NCBI RefSeq assembly: GCF_020745735.1
Contig: NC_083409.1
Coordinates: forward strand, 10,281,534 to 10,345,533
Length of the DNA stretch: 64,000 bases
Source of the DNA: Hemiscyllium ocellatum
Lineage: Eukaryota
Direction: 5' to 3'
Below are positions 11,440 through 22,928 of this stretch, piece after piece. Positions within the stretch are counted from its first letter, which is position 1; each line of letters starts with the position of its first letter. The position numbers and the translations under genes were made by a program. The notes under the pieces were generated by a model. That model was not told the origin of the DNA, ran no database searches, and saw only the letters and a list, made by a program, of their open reading frames with translations.

Positions 11440-12737
11440 TCTAGGTAAAAACAAGGACTGGAAACCAGAGGCGAGATCAGATTGGTGCTGGAAAAGCACA
11501 GCAGGTCAGGCAGCATCCCAGTAGCAGGAAAATCAATGTTTCGGGCAAAAGCCCTTCATCAGATATAGAAGCAGGGTGCCTGCAGAGTGGAGAGATAAAT
11601 GAGTGGGGGTTGGGGAGAAAGTAGAATCAAGTACAATAGGTGAATGGGGGTGGGATGGAGGTGATAGGTCAGAGATGAGGGTAGAGTGGATAGGTGGAAA
11701 GGAAAATAAGCAGGTAGGACAGGTCATGAGGATGGTGCTGAGGCTGGAAGGTTGGAGCTGGGGTGAGGCGGGGGGAAGAAGAAATGAGGAAGCTGGTGAA
11801 ATTCAGATTGATGCCATGGGATTGAAGTGTTCCGAGGCGGAAGATGAGGTGCTCTTCCTCTAGGCGTCGGGTGATGAGGGAGCGGCGGTGGAGGAGGCCT
11901 AGGACCTGCATGTCCTTGGCAGAGTGGGAGGGGGAGTTGAAATGTTGGGTCACAGGGCAGTGGGGTTGATTGGTGTGGTTGTCCCGGAGATGTTCACTAA
12001 AGAGCTCTGCAAGGAGGTGTCCAGTCTCCCCAATATAGAGGAAACCGCATCAGGTGCAACAGATACAGTAAATGATATTGGAGGATGTGCTGGTAAAAAT
12101 TTGATGGATATGGAAGGCTCTTTTGGGGCCTTAGATGGAGGTGAGGGAGGAGGTGTGGGCAGAGGTTTTGCAATTCCTGCGGTGGCAGGGGCGCGTGTCA
12201 GGAAGGGAGGGTGGGTTGTTGGGGGACGTGGACTTGACCAAGTAGTCACGGACGGAACGGTCTTTGTGGAAAGCAGGAATGGGTGGGGAGGGAAATATAT
12301 CCCTGGTGGTTTGCAGGTGGCGAAAATGTCGTTGGATGATGTGGTTTATGCGAAGTTTGGTAGGGTGGAAGATGGAAGGGGGGGTTCTGTCCTTGTTACG
12401 GTAGGAGGGGTGGGGTTTGAGGGCAGAGGGGTGGGATGTGGATGAGATGCGTTGGAGGGCATCTTTGACCACGTGGGAAGGGAAATTGCCGTCTCTCAAG
12501 AAGAAGGCCATCTGATGTGTTCTGTGATGGAAGTGGTCCTCCTGGGAGCAAATATGGCGGAGGCAGAGGAATTGGGAATACAGGATGGCTTTTTTGCAAG
12601 AGGTAGGTTGGGAAGTAGGTGAAATTCTCGGTGCCGGTAGGTTTGTAAAAAATGTCAGTGTCAAGTCGGTCATCATTAATGGAGATGGAGTGGTCCAGGA
12701 AGGGGAGGGAGGTGTCAGAGATGGTCCAGGTTGTCAT
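11440..12737 (-). mobile_element. Penelope-like retroelement, 5'-truncated and frameshifted, with hammerhead remnant near 11530-11566
   Basis: LPFLD.SISI...L.TDIFYKPT, CKKAILYSQFLCLRHICS, RRLEEEHLIFRLGTLQ.HGIN; 3' end CTGATGAAGGGCTTTTGCCCGAAACATTGATTTT. Confidence 0.9.
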
Positions 12738-12962
12738 TGATGGAAAACTGTTTGGAATCTTGTAACCTCCAATGATTCCAGATCAAAGGGATCATTTGAA
12801 AGTGATTGATGATTGGCTCTCAGTATCCTCTACAAAGATGTGTCATTGATTGACAAGCCAATTAGCCAATTGTGACAATGCCATGCTGAAATGCAGCCAA
12901 TCAGCTCAATGGAGTCGTCAATCTCCAAAGCACACAGACACAGAGACTTAAACTTCTTCATC

Positions 12963-12968
12963 TTTATT
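12963..12968 (-). terminator. Candidate polyadenylation signal of the cluster 1 C exon
   Basis: First AATAAA I found downstream of the C stop (about 530 nt), followed by a GT-rich tract tctctgtgtctgtgtgctttg. Confidence 0.45.
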
Positions 12969-13493
12969 CCCTTTTCCAGATTAACATTGACAGAAAAAAA
13001 CTACAATTAACAGCCCAGACAGAGGAAGCTGCTCAAATTCACAGCCACATTGGAGCTTGAGGCAAACACTTGTGGAGATTTTCTCAATAACATGAGAATC
13101 CTTTCCCTTCAAACAGTGACAAAACCTTAAATTGGAACTGACAGCTAAGCAGGAAGGAGATCTGGTTTACTGAAACAGAGACTTCTGAGGTTCACATTGT
13201 TTTGTACAGCTGACAGTCTTCAGCAACTTCAAGAGATTTTACTTGGCATCACAAGTCAACTCTGTCCCCATCAAACACTCCCAGAACAGGGACAGCATGG
13301 GGTTTGACATAGCATAAAGCTCTATCTACAGTGTCCCAATGACCTATCATAACCCCTGAACCTCAGAAATGTCTCTGAGCCAGTCCTGAGAAGGAAGAGA
13401 GTTGAAATTCAGTGCTGGCAATGACCTTTGTCCTGCCAGCTCAGCCCTGTTCTATTTAAAGTTGTGTCTCCTCTGTGGACTGTCTCCAACACT

Positions 13494-13822
13494 CTACACA
13501 CATTCTGATCTCCTGATGCTCTTGCTGAGGGGAGAGGGGAGGGTCACGTGGGTGAGGGCACAGGAGAAGCGAGCGTCAGACTCCCAGTCAGACCCAGAGA
13601 GGGTCAGCAAGGCTGCTGACACTGTAAGTGCTGTCCGAAGCTCGCAGGTAGTTGCTGGTCTGAACCCCGTCCAAAATGACTGCACCGTCCTTCTTCCACT
13701 GCACCTCCAGCTCATCGGGATAGAAGTGATTGGCAAGGCACACCAGGGTGGCAGAGCACTTGGCATTGACCTGCTCTGGGGAGGGGGTAGCAGGGTCAGC
13801 TTGGGCTGAGAGTTCTCACGGC
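13494..13822 (-). pseudogene. IGKC: Ig kappa-type (type III/NS4-like) constant exon with two compensating frameshifts
   Basis: Acceptor ctcttatctttcag|GC CGT GAG AAC. Restored frame reads RENSQPKLTLLP(P)SPEQVNAKCSATLVCLANHFYPDELEVQWKKDGAVILDGVQTSNYLRASDSTYSVSS-LLTLSGSDWESDARFSCALTHVTLPSPLSKSIRRSECV*. There is a -1 in the C run at 13783-13787 and a +1 at about 13609-13610. Confidence 0.93.
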
Positions 13823-13954
13823 CTGAAAGATAAGAGAAACAGTTTTAATCCCTGCCATATGGAGGGATTTCAACTCTCAGAATATTCATTGATAAAATGT
13901 TTGAACATTTGTAGCCAATACCTAACAAACCCCAGAAAAGAACAGGCATTGTTT

Positions 13955-14290
13955 AAATTGCTTCTTGGGATGTGAGTGTCACTGATAGGATCAGCATTTA
14001 TTGCCCATCCCTAATCACCCAGAGGGCAGTTTAGAGTCAACCACATTGCTGTGGGTCTGGAGTCACATTGTAAGGATGGCAGGTTCCTTCCCTAAAGGAC
14101 ATCAGGGAATCAGGTGGCTTCTTCCTGACAATCAACAATTGTTTCATGGTCATCATTGGACACTTAAATGCAGATTTTTTTATTGAATTCACATTCCACC
14201 ATCTGCTGTGGCAGGATTCTAACCCTGGCCCCCAGAACATTAATCTGGATCTCTGGATGAACAGCTCAGCAATAGTACCATTAAATCATT
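13955..14290 (-). mobile_element. Second tRNA-related SINE family
   Basis: ccaccatctgctgtggcaggattctaaccctgg is a reversed B-box; the body is shared with 6140. Confidence 0.6.
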
Positions 14291-14399
14291 ACCTCCTTTA
14301 TCTTATTTTTAGTTAAGCGTGAAAGCAAGAAGTTTGTTTCTGAACAGGGTGATTAGAAAAATCACAACTGAAAGACTCCCAGTTCATCCCAAAAAAGAT

Positions 14400-15090
14400 T
14401 AGTTCCTTGAAAGTGGAGTTGCAGGTAGGTAGGGGGGTGACGAAGTCATTTGGCATGCTTTCCTTTATTGGGCAATGCATTGAGTATTGGAGTTGGGAGC
14501 TGATGCACCTGTACAGGACATTAGTTTGGCCCCTTTTGGAATAATCTGTGGCATTCTGGCCTCCCTGCTGTTGGAAAAATGTTGGGAACCTTAAAATGGT
14601 TCAGAAAAGATTTCCAAGGATGTTGCCAAGTTGGAGGGTTTGAGTGATCAGGATAAGCTGAATAGGCTGAGGCTATTTTCGCTGTATCACTGGAGGCTGA
14701 GGGGTGACCATATCGAGGTTTCTAACATAATGAGGGACATCGATCAAGTGAACAGAGAAGATATTTTGGTCAGAGTGAAGGAGTCCAGAACTAGAGGGCA
14801 TAGGTGGAAAGTATCAGGAGAATGATTTAAACAGGAACTAAGGCATAATGTTTTCCAGCAGAGAGTGGTACATTTTTGGAATGAGCTGCCAGAGGAAGTG
14901 GTGGAGGCTGGTATGATAACATTTAAAAGGCATTTGGGTGAGTATATGAATAGGAAGGGTTTAGAAGGATATGGGCCAAATACTGACAAATGGGACTAGA
15001 TTAATTTAGGTTATCTGGTCGGCATGGACGAGTTACACAGAAGGATCTATTTCTGTGCTGTACATCTCTCTGACACTATGACTCTATGTC
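14400..15090 (+). mobile_element. CR1-type LINE 3' end
   Basis: EGLSDQDKLNRLRLFSL..WRLRGDHIEV...ESRTRGH. Confidence 0.8.
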
Positions 15091-15479
15091 TCTGTGGTTG
15101 GCATGGATGAGTCAGATCGACGAGTCTGTTTCTGTGCTGTACATCTCCATGACTCTAATTGTGTTTCAGTTAAGCCCTCAGCACCTCAGACTCTCCAAAA
15201 GACAGTTACATTTTGCTTGAAAACCAGTCACTGTTGCAATTTCAGGAAAGGGGCAACCAATTTCTACACAGCAAGATCCCACTGGAAGCAATGAGATCAA
15301 AGAGCATTCTTCACGATTTTGGTTCAATGATAAATATTGTCCTGAACACAACCCAAAGAGAAAGTAATTTGGTTCAGTTGAATGGAAAATGAGAAAATGG
15401 AAGATAAAGGAGAAGGTAGGATTGCTGGTTAGTGATGGGATTGATTGTTCCAAGTAAATAAAAGGAAGGGATAGAATTT

Positions 15480-17830
15480 TTGAATATCAAAGGAACCATA
15501 AAAGTGCAGGGAAAATCAATAATAAATCAAACTTAAAAATTTTGTGTCTAAATGCACGAAGCATTCCGAGTCAGGGAAACAAAGTGATGCCCCAAATCGA
15601 GGTAAATTGAGTTTCCAAGTAATTAAAACTAGTTAAAGTGGAGGAGGGCTCAGGAGAGGTCAGCAAAGATTCTAGAAGATGTAATAGGACTGAGAGCATG
15701 GAAGGGATCAGGAATCAAATGTCAAGCACAGCAGATAAGAGGAACACTGATGAGAAGGAGGGCAGTCAATGTAGTACTGAGGGTGTTGTACTTAAATACA
15801 CAAGATATACACAATAAGCTTGTAGTGCAGATTGAAACTGGCAGGTACAATGTTGTGGGTATCACAGGTACATGGCTGTAAGGGGATCCGGGTTGGGAAC
15901 TAAATATCCAAGGATCCATATCCTATCAAAAAGACAGGCAGAAGAGCAGAGGGACAGGAGTTGCCTTGTTAGTAAGAAATGACTTTAAATCAATAGCAAG
16001 AAAGATACAGTCAGAAGGTGTAGAATCTGTGTGGGAAGAGTTGAGGAACCCAAGAAATAAAGAATCTGATGCAAGTTCAGGTCTCCAAGCAGTAATCAGG
16101 GGGTGGGGAAGGAAATCAATCAGGAGACAGAAAATCCATTTAAAAAATGGAGAGGTGGATTGGGTAGCACGTCTCAACAAAAAGTTTTCATGGAATGTCT
16201 ATGAGATGGTTTTTGAAACAGCTTGCGGTTTGGAACAGGCAGTTCTGGATTCAGTGATGTGTAATGAGGCAAACTTGGTCAGTGAGCTGAAGGTGAAAGT
16301 ATCCGTATGGATAAGTGACCATAATATGATAGAAATCCCCCTGTAGTTTGAGAGGGAGAAGCTGCAATCAGATGGAACAGTATTTCAATTGAGTAAAGGG
16401 AACGACAGAGACGTGAGGAAGGAGCTGGCCAGAGTTGATTGGAAGGGGAACCGAGCAGGTAAGATGGTGTGGCAGCAAACAACAGAGTTTCTGGGGGTAA
16501 TTCAGGAAGCAGAGTAGGAATTCATCCCAAAAAAGAAGAAACACACTAAGGGGAGGACAATGTAACCATGGCTGATGAGGGAGGTCAAGGACAGAATAAA
16601 AGCAAAAGAAAAAGCACACAATGTGGTGGAAAATAGTGGGAGGCCAGAGGATTAGGAAGTCTTTAAAACCTGTAGAGGATAACTAAAAAAAAATAATAAT
16701 TAGGGTACGGAAGGTGAAATGTGGGGGAAAGTGAGCCAGTAATATAAAAGAAGATTGCAAGAGTTTCATCAGATATATAAAAAGGAAGAGAGAGGCAGAA
16801 ATAGACATTGGAAAAAGAATAATAGGAAATGAAGAAAAAGCAGAGGAATTGAATCCATACATTACATCAGTCTGCACAATGGAAAACACCAGCAGTGTCC
16901 CAGTACTTCAAGACTGTCAGGGGGCAGAGGTGAGTGCAGTGGCCATTACTCAGGAGGAGGTACTGGGGATGCTGAAATGTCTGAGTGTGGATTACTCACC
17001 CAGACTGGATGAATTACACCAGTGTGTTCTGAAGGAGATCACTGAGGAGATTGTGGAGACATTTTTGATGATCTTTCAGGAATCAATGGAGTCAGGGTGT
17101 GGAGGTATTTTCTAAATGAGGAAAGCCTTTGGAAATCTAAAGCACAAACCTCATTCAGGATTTTCTTAAGGTTAACAGGCAGGTACAGTCTGTGCTTGGG
17201 AAGGCAAATGAAATATTAGCATTCATTTCAATAGTGCCAGAATACAAGAGCAGAGATGTACTGCTGAGGCTGTGTAAGGCTCTGATCAGACTGAATTTGG
17301 AATATTGTGAGCAGATTTAGGACCCATATTCTAAGAAACAATGTGCTGGCATTGGAGGGGTTTACAAGAATGATCCTGGGGATGGAGGGCTTGTCATATG
17401 AGGCATGGTTAAGGACTCTGGGTCTGTACTCAATGGAGTACAGAAGGATGAGGAGGGATCTTATTGAAATTTGCAGAATACAGATAGACCTGGATAGAGT
17501 GGATGGGGAGAAGATGTTTCCAAATATAGGAGAGACGAGGTAACCAAAGCACAGCATCAGAATGAAGGGCCGACCCTTTCCAGCTGAGATGAGGAGGAAT
17601 TTGTTCAGCCGGAGGGTGGTGAATCTGTGGAACTCATTGTTACAGAGGGCAGTGGAGGCCAAGTCACTGAGTGTATTTAAGACAGAGATAGATAGGTTCA
17701 TGATTGTTAAGGGGATGGAAAGTTCCTGTGGAGTAGGCAGGAGACTGGGGTTGAGAAGCACATCTGCCAAGATCAAATGGCAGAGCAGATTCAATGGGCT
17801 GAATGGCCGATTTCTGCTCCTATTTCTTAA
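15480..17830 (+). mobile_element. Decayed CR1-type LINE ORF2 (endonuclease, RT pieces, 3' end) with internal deletions
   Basis: CLNARSI, VVGITGTW, EQAVLDSVMCNE, SDHNMI, LFSRRVVNLWNSL. Confidence 0.85.
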
Positions 17831-18597
17831 AGTCTTCTGGAGAGTTTCTCCAAAACCCTGGAACACTGAACCTACTGGACTGTGAGCCCTGCTGGAGCTG
17901 TTTGTCATCAGAACTCTGCATAGAGATAATCCAAGAGTGGAGAGAGTGTGCATCCATGTGGGAATTTCAGAATGTTTCCCCGGTCCTGGAATACCATGAG
18001 TACAGGAAGTGTGGTCAATGACAGCAGCTGGAGCTCTGGGTTTTGGAGCTTGAGCAGCAGCTGGTGTCAGTGCGGAGCGTCCGTGAGGCTGAGAGCACCG
18101 TGGAGAAACGTTTCTAGATGTGGTCACTCTGCAGCTTCAGAGTATGCAGGGAGAGAGGGAATGGGGGAGCAGCAGACAGTCCAAAAGGACCAGGCAGCTA
18201 GTATAGGAGTCCCCAGACATCCTACTCTCCAACCAGGATTCAGTTCAGAATCCTGATGAGAATGATGGTTCATCTGGGGAGTGCAGCCAGAGCCAGGTCC
18301 ATGGCACCATGGGGGGCTCAGCTGTACAGGGGGGCACAAGGAAGACTGGAAGAGTGATAGTGAGAGGAGATTCGAGATTGAAGGCAGTCGATAGGTGTTT
18401 CTGCAGCTGCAGATGGGAATCCAGGATGGTGTGTTGTCTCCCTGGTGCCAGGGTCAAGGATATCACTGAGCGGCTGCAGAGCACCCTGAGGGGAGAGGGG
18501 GAACAGGCAGCAGTTCGTGGTCCACATCAGTCCCAGTGACAGAGGGAGAAAAGGGATGTGGTCCTGCAGTCAGAAGTTTTGGAGCTTCCTACTTTTA

Positions 18598-18678
18598 AGT
18601 AATCTGGGAGCTTCCTACTTTTGAGTTCCTGCTGCTAATTAGTAGCAGGAACTCAAAAGTAGGAATCTCCAGATTACT
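18598..18678. repeat. About 80 bp near-perfect palindrome
   Basis: agtaatctgggagcttcctacttttgagttcctgctgct aatt agtagcaggaactcaaaagtaggaatctccagattact. Confidence 0.85.
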
Positions 18679-18699
18679 CCCAGTGCCCCACGCAAGTGA

Positions 18700-18786
18700 A
18701 GAAGGGCTCAGGCCCGAAACGTCGACTCTCCTGCTCCTTGGATGCTGCCTGACCTGCTGCACTTTTCCACTAACACATTTTCAGCA
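18700..18786 (+). mobile_element. About 87 bp hammerhead-tail element with 14 bp target duplication
   Basis: agaaGGGCtcagGCCCGAAACGTCGACTC plus tail, flanked by ccccacgcaagtga and ccccacacaagtga; the paralogous site near 61715-61730 is empty. Confidence 0.8.
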
Positions 18787-19204
18787 CCCCACACAAGTGA
18801 GAATAGAATCAGGAGGTGAACACAGGTGATTGCTGGGTTGGAAAGAGGATCCATGAGGGAGGGCTTTAGATTTTTGTGAGGTGGTTTACTACTGGTAGAG
18901 AGGGTTTAAACTAACTTGGCAGGGGTGTGGGAGCCAGGGGCTAATATCAGAGAGGAACACCAAGGACCACAGAATCCTCAGAGCAGACAATAACTCACCA
19001 CCCAATGGGAAGAATGTGGAGGATAACAAATGCTAGGAATTTACAGAGATCTGCAAATATGATAGAGGCGTTATAAATGGGCGGGGGGGGGGGGGGTGTC
19101 TTTAATTTCTGAATATAGTGACCAGAGTGGCAAGAGTGTGTTTAGGTGAATTTTCAGGTGGCATTGGTGGCTTAGTGGTGGCTCGGGTTTGTGGGTGTGG
19201 GGGG

Positions 19205-19535
19205 GAGGAGGGGGGTCGGGTCAGCATATTGGCTCAGTGGTTAGCACTGCAGCCTCATAGTACCAGGGTCCCAGGTTCGATTCCAGTCTGGGTGACTGTC
19301 TGTGTGGAGTTTGCACATTCTCCCTGTGTCTGCGTGTTTTTCCTCCGGGTGCTCTGGTTTCCTCCCACAGTCCAAAGATGTGCAGGTCAGGTGAATTGGC
19401 CAGGCTAAATTGTCCATAGTGTTCTATGCATTACTGAGAGGGAAGTGGGTCTGGGTGGGTTACTCTTCGGAGGATCAGTATGGACTTGTAGGGCCGAAGG
19501 GCCTGTTTCCAAGCTATGGAGAATCTAATCTAATC
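19205..19535 (+). mobile_element. HE1/V-SINE-like SINE
   Basis: A/B boxes, core and (AATCT)n tail aatctaatctaatc. Confidence 0.85.
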
Positions 19536-21935
19536 ATTGGCAGTGAAGAAGGTTGTCTAAGAATACAATGAAATCTTGACCAACTGGGCCAGTGGGCTGA
19601 GGAATGGCAGATGGAGTTTAATTCAGATAAAGGTGAGTGCTGTATTTTGGTAAGACACAAGAGATGGGTGAGATCCTGAACAAATATTTTAGGTCAGTAT
19701 ATATTGTGGGGAAAGCTAAGGAATTTGGAAAAATAGTGATGTCTTGAAAAGAGACCACATACAAATGAGGAGATGCAAACAATCTTAAAACACATAGAGG
19801 TAGATAAACTCGAGGACCTGATCATTGTGGCAAACTGGGGAAGAGATTTTTGGGACCCTTGCTGAGATATAAGTATCATCGGCAACCATGGATTAGGTAC
19901 TGGAGAAACAGAGAGGTTGGCTAAGATTATGCCATTATTTCAGAATGGCTGTAAGGAAAAGTGAGGGAACTATAGACCAGTGAGCCTGATGTCAGTGCTG
20001 GGTAAGATGTTGGAGTGGATTCTGTGGGACAGGATTTACACCGTTTGGATAATCAGTGTGGCTTTGTGCATAGGAAATCACGTCTCATGAATTTGATTCA
20101 GGAGGTGACAAAAAGGATTGATGAAGACAGAACAGTAGACATTGTCAATATGGATTTCAGAGTAAAGTGTTTGACAAGGTTCCACATGATAGACTGGTTA
20201 GTGAGGTTAGACCACATGGGGTCCAGGGGGAGCGAGCCATTGGAGTAAAAAAAATTGGCTTGAAGATAGGAGACAGAGAGTGGTGGTAAAAGGTTGCTTT
20301 TCAGACTGGAGATCTGTGAATAGCTGTGTGCCGCAAGGATTGGTGCTGAGTCCACAAATGCTTTACATCATTTAAAGAAATGATTTGGATGTGAATATAG
20401 GAGTTACGGTAAGTTTGTAAATGACACCAAAATTGGTGGGACAGTGGATTGTGAAGAAGATTATCTCAGGGTACAGCGGGACCTTGATCAGATGGGGCAA
20501 TGGGCAGAAGAGTGGCAAATGGAGTTCAGTTTAGATAAATGTGAGATGTTGCATTTTGGAAAGGCAAACCAGGGCAGGAGTTATACAGCTAATGGGAGGG
20601 CCCTGTGGAGTGTTACTGAATAACAGACCTAGGGGTGAAGATGCAGGTACCTTATTCCTTGAAAGTGGGGTCACAGGTAGACAGGGTGATGAAGAAGGTG
20701 TTTGGTTTGCTTGCTTTTGTTCATCACTGCATTGAGTACTGGAGTTGGAACATTATGTTGCAGCAGTACAGGAGATTGGTGAGGCCACTTTGGGAATGAT
20801 GTGAACAATCCTGATCATCCTGAGATAGGAAGGATGTTGTTAAACTTAAAAAGCTGCAGAAAATATTTACAAGGATGTGGCCAGGATTTGGAGGGTTTGA
20901 GCGACAGGGAAAGGCTGAAGAAACTGGGGCTATATTCCCTGCAGCATCTAAGGCCTCGGGGTGACGTTATAGGTGTTTATAAAACCATGAGGGGCATGGA
21001 CTGGGTGTATATCCAAGGTCTTTTCCGTGGGAAAGGGATTCCAAAACAAGAGGACATAAGTTTAAGGTGAGAGGCAAAAGATTCAAAAGGGACCCAAGCG
21101 GTGACTTGTCACACAGACGGTGGTATGTGTCTGGATCGAGCTGCTAGAGAAAACGTTGGAGGCAGATACAGTTACAGCATTTAAAACACATTGGGATGGG
21201 TACATGAATAGGTTGGGTTTTGAGAGGTGTCAGCCAAATGCTGGCAAATGGGATGAGGTCAGTTTAGGATATTTGGTTAGCATGGACAAGTTGGACTGAA
21301 AGGTTTGTTTCCACGCGGTATGACTCCATGATTATGAGCGGCTGGAAAAGCTGAGACTTCTTACCCTGAAGCGGAAGGTTCTGAGGAGTGACCTTGTAGA
21401 GGTTTGGAAAATCATGAGGGACATAGATAATGTGAAGAATTCTGGAAGGAGGCGAATGTTTTGTAGCAATGGCAAAAATTGTTCCCAAAGATCATTCCAG
21501 GGATGAGGAACATCAGTTATGAAGTTTGATCGGAGAATTTGGGACTGTCTTCTTTGGAGAAGGCTGAGAGGAGATTTGTTCAAGGAATTCAGAGTCAGGA
21601 AGGGCCTGGAGAGAGTAAATAGGGAGAAAATGTTCTCAAGTGAGAAAGGATTCAGACCAAGAGACCACAGATTGAAAGCAATTGGGAAAAGGAACAAAGG
21701 TGAGATGGGGAACAACATTTTTGGCCAGTGAGTGGTTAAGGTGTGGAATGCACTGCCTGAGAGTGTGGTGGAGGCAGCTTCAATTAAAACATTCCGAAGG
21801 GAATGAGACTGTTATTTGAAAAGGAGCAATGTGCAGGGTGACAGGGAGAAGGCAGGAGAATGATACTCCGAGAATTGCTCATTCAGAGAGCCGGTCCAGA
21901 CAGAATGGACACCTTGTACACTGTAACAATTCTGT
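19535..21935 (+). mobile_element. Nested CR1-type LINE RT and 3' fragments
   Basis: NYRPVSL.SV.GK, QCGFVHRKS.L.NLI, VPQGLVL, repeated 3' ends. Confidence 0.8.
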
Positions 21936-21990
21936 GATTGTGTGATTGAGCAGAGTTAAAGCTGGGGGAGGTGGGAGCTCAGTGTCTCAC

Positions 21991-22019
21991 TGTGCTGCTG
22001 TTGCTGCTGCTGCTGCTGA
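21991..22019. repeat. (CTG)n microsatellite in the J-C intron
   Basis: ctgtgctgctgttgctgctgctgctgctg; the paralog is (CAG)n near 57998-58024. Confidence 0.85.
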
Positions 22020-22391
22020 GGTCAGTGAGATCAGAGACTGGGACAGGGAGCCAGAGCTCACATCAAAATCTGCCCGTGTCCGTCACACTGAGACTGGCAG
22101 GAGGCTACTCACTGATTTCACTCCATGCTGCAGGAATGGGACCACAGGCTGCAAATGGACAGAGCTCCTCCACACAGTGAGTAAAACTGACTGACTTATA
22201 TCTTGCTGCTTAAAGGGGGCAATAGGACGACAGAAATACAGCTGGACACCCTGTTCGACACAGTGCTCCTCAATCAACCATTTCATTCACTGCAGTTCCC
22301 CACTAACACCTTCAACAATTCAGCATTTGTGTTTTAGAAAGTGTATTTCAGTATTGACAGGGTTAATAACGGACAATTGAGGTTTACTTGC

Positions 22392-22425
22392 TCAGTCTGA
22401 GTTTGGTTCCTTTACCGAATATGTG
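22392..22425 (-). pseudogene. IGKJ: Ig kappa-type J segment (unrearranged), GC donor
   Basis: CAC ATA TTC GGT AAA GGA ACC AAA CTC AGA CTG A|GCAAGT = FGKGTKLRL; the paralog has A|GTAAGT. Confidence 0.92.
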
Positions 22426-22457
22426 AGAGCTCCCAGTGCAGAGGCTGTACAAAAACC
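22426..22457 (-). other. J recombination signal: nonamer plus 23 bp spacer, heptamer missing
   Basis: GGTTTTTGT (22457-22449), acagcctctgcactgggagctct (23 nt), then CACATAT instead of CACTGTG. Confidence 0.8.
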
Positions 22458-22900
22458 TCTGCTCTCTGTTTCCCCCGTCACTCTCAACCTCTCCCTGTCT
22501 CTCTCTGTCTCTGTCTATTCTTGGTCAATCTCATTCACTCCCTACCCCTCTCTGTCTCTCCTTCATTCATATGTCTTTCTCTCTCTGTCTCCCTGGGTTG
22601 TGTCCAGCTACTCTCGGGGGTTTGTGAAATTTAGTTTTCATTGTTAAATCTTGCAACTGTTCTTCACATGCGGCCATGGAGTGTAAGAGGGAAACTTGAG
22701 GCCTTCAGTGAGCGGTGGACACCACATAGACTGGAGTGTGTAGTGGACAGTGACAATCCCAGCATGGGGTAATTTGCTCAATTTACTTTATATATAACTG
22801 TGGATGTGTCAGTGCAGGAGGTGGAACTGTCTGTCCATTATTATACATTTCATATAACTGTTGGATGTGTCAGTACAGGAGGTGGTGTTGTGCGTGTTGA

Positions 22901-22928
22901 GGTTTTTGTATGGCACTGTATCACTGTA
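22901..22928 (-). other. V recombination signal with 12 bp spacer, heptamer mutated
   Basis: TACAGTG-atacagtgccat-ACAAAAACC. Confidence 0.92.

Larger units (their letters stand above)
17860..19060 (+). mobile_element. CR1 ORF1 fragment (SGNH/esterase-like)
   Basis: RVIVRGDSRLK.VDRCFC...MVCCLPGARVKDITERLQ. Confidence 0.8.

Noticed and set aside
21946-22194. Antisense ORFs with a signal-peptide-like poly-Leu (also 57820-58047)
   Set aside because: The start is GTG, the Leu run comes from the CTG microsatellite, and the two copies differ by a frameshift.
22432-22457. Reading the J signal as heptamer CACTGGG with a 10 bp spacer
   Set aside because: Violates the 12/23 rule with the V 12-RSS; an exact 23 nt spacer to a CAC fits kappa organisation better.
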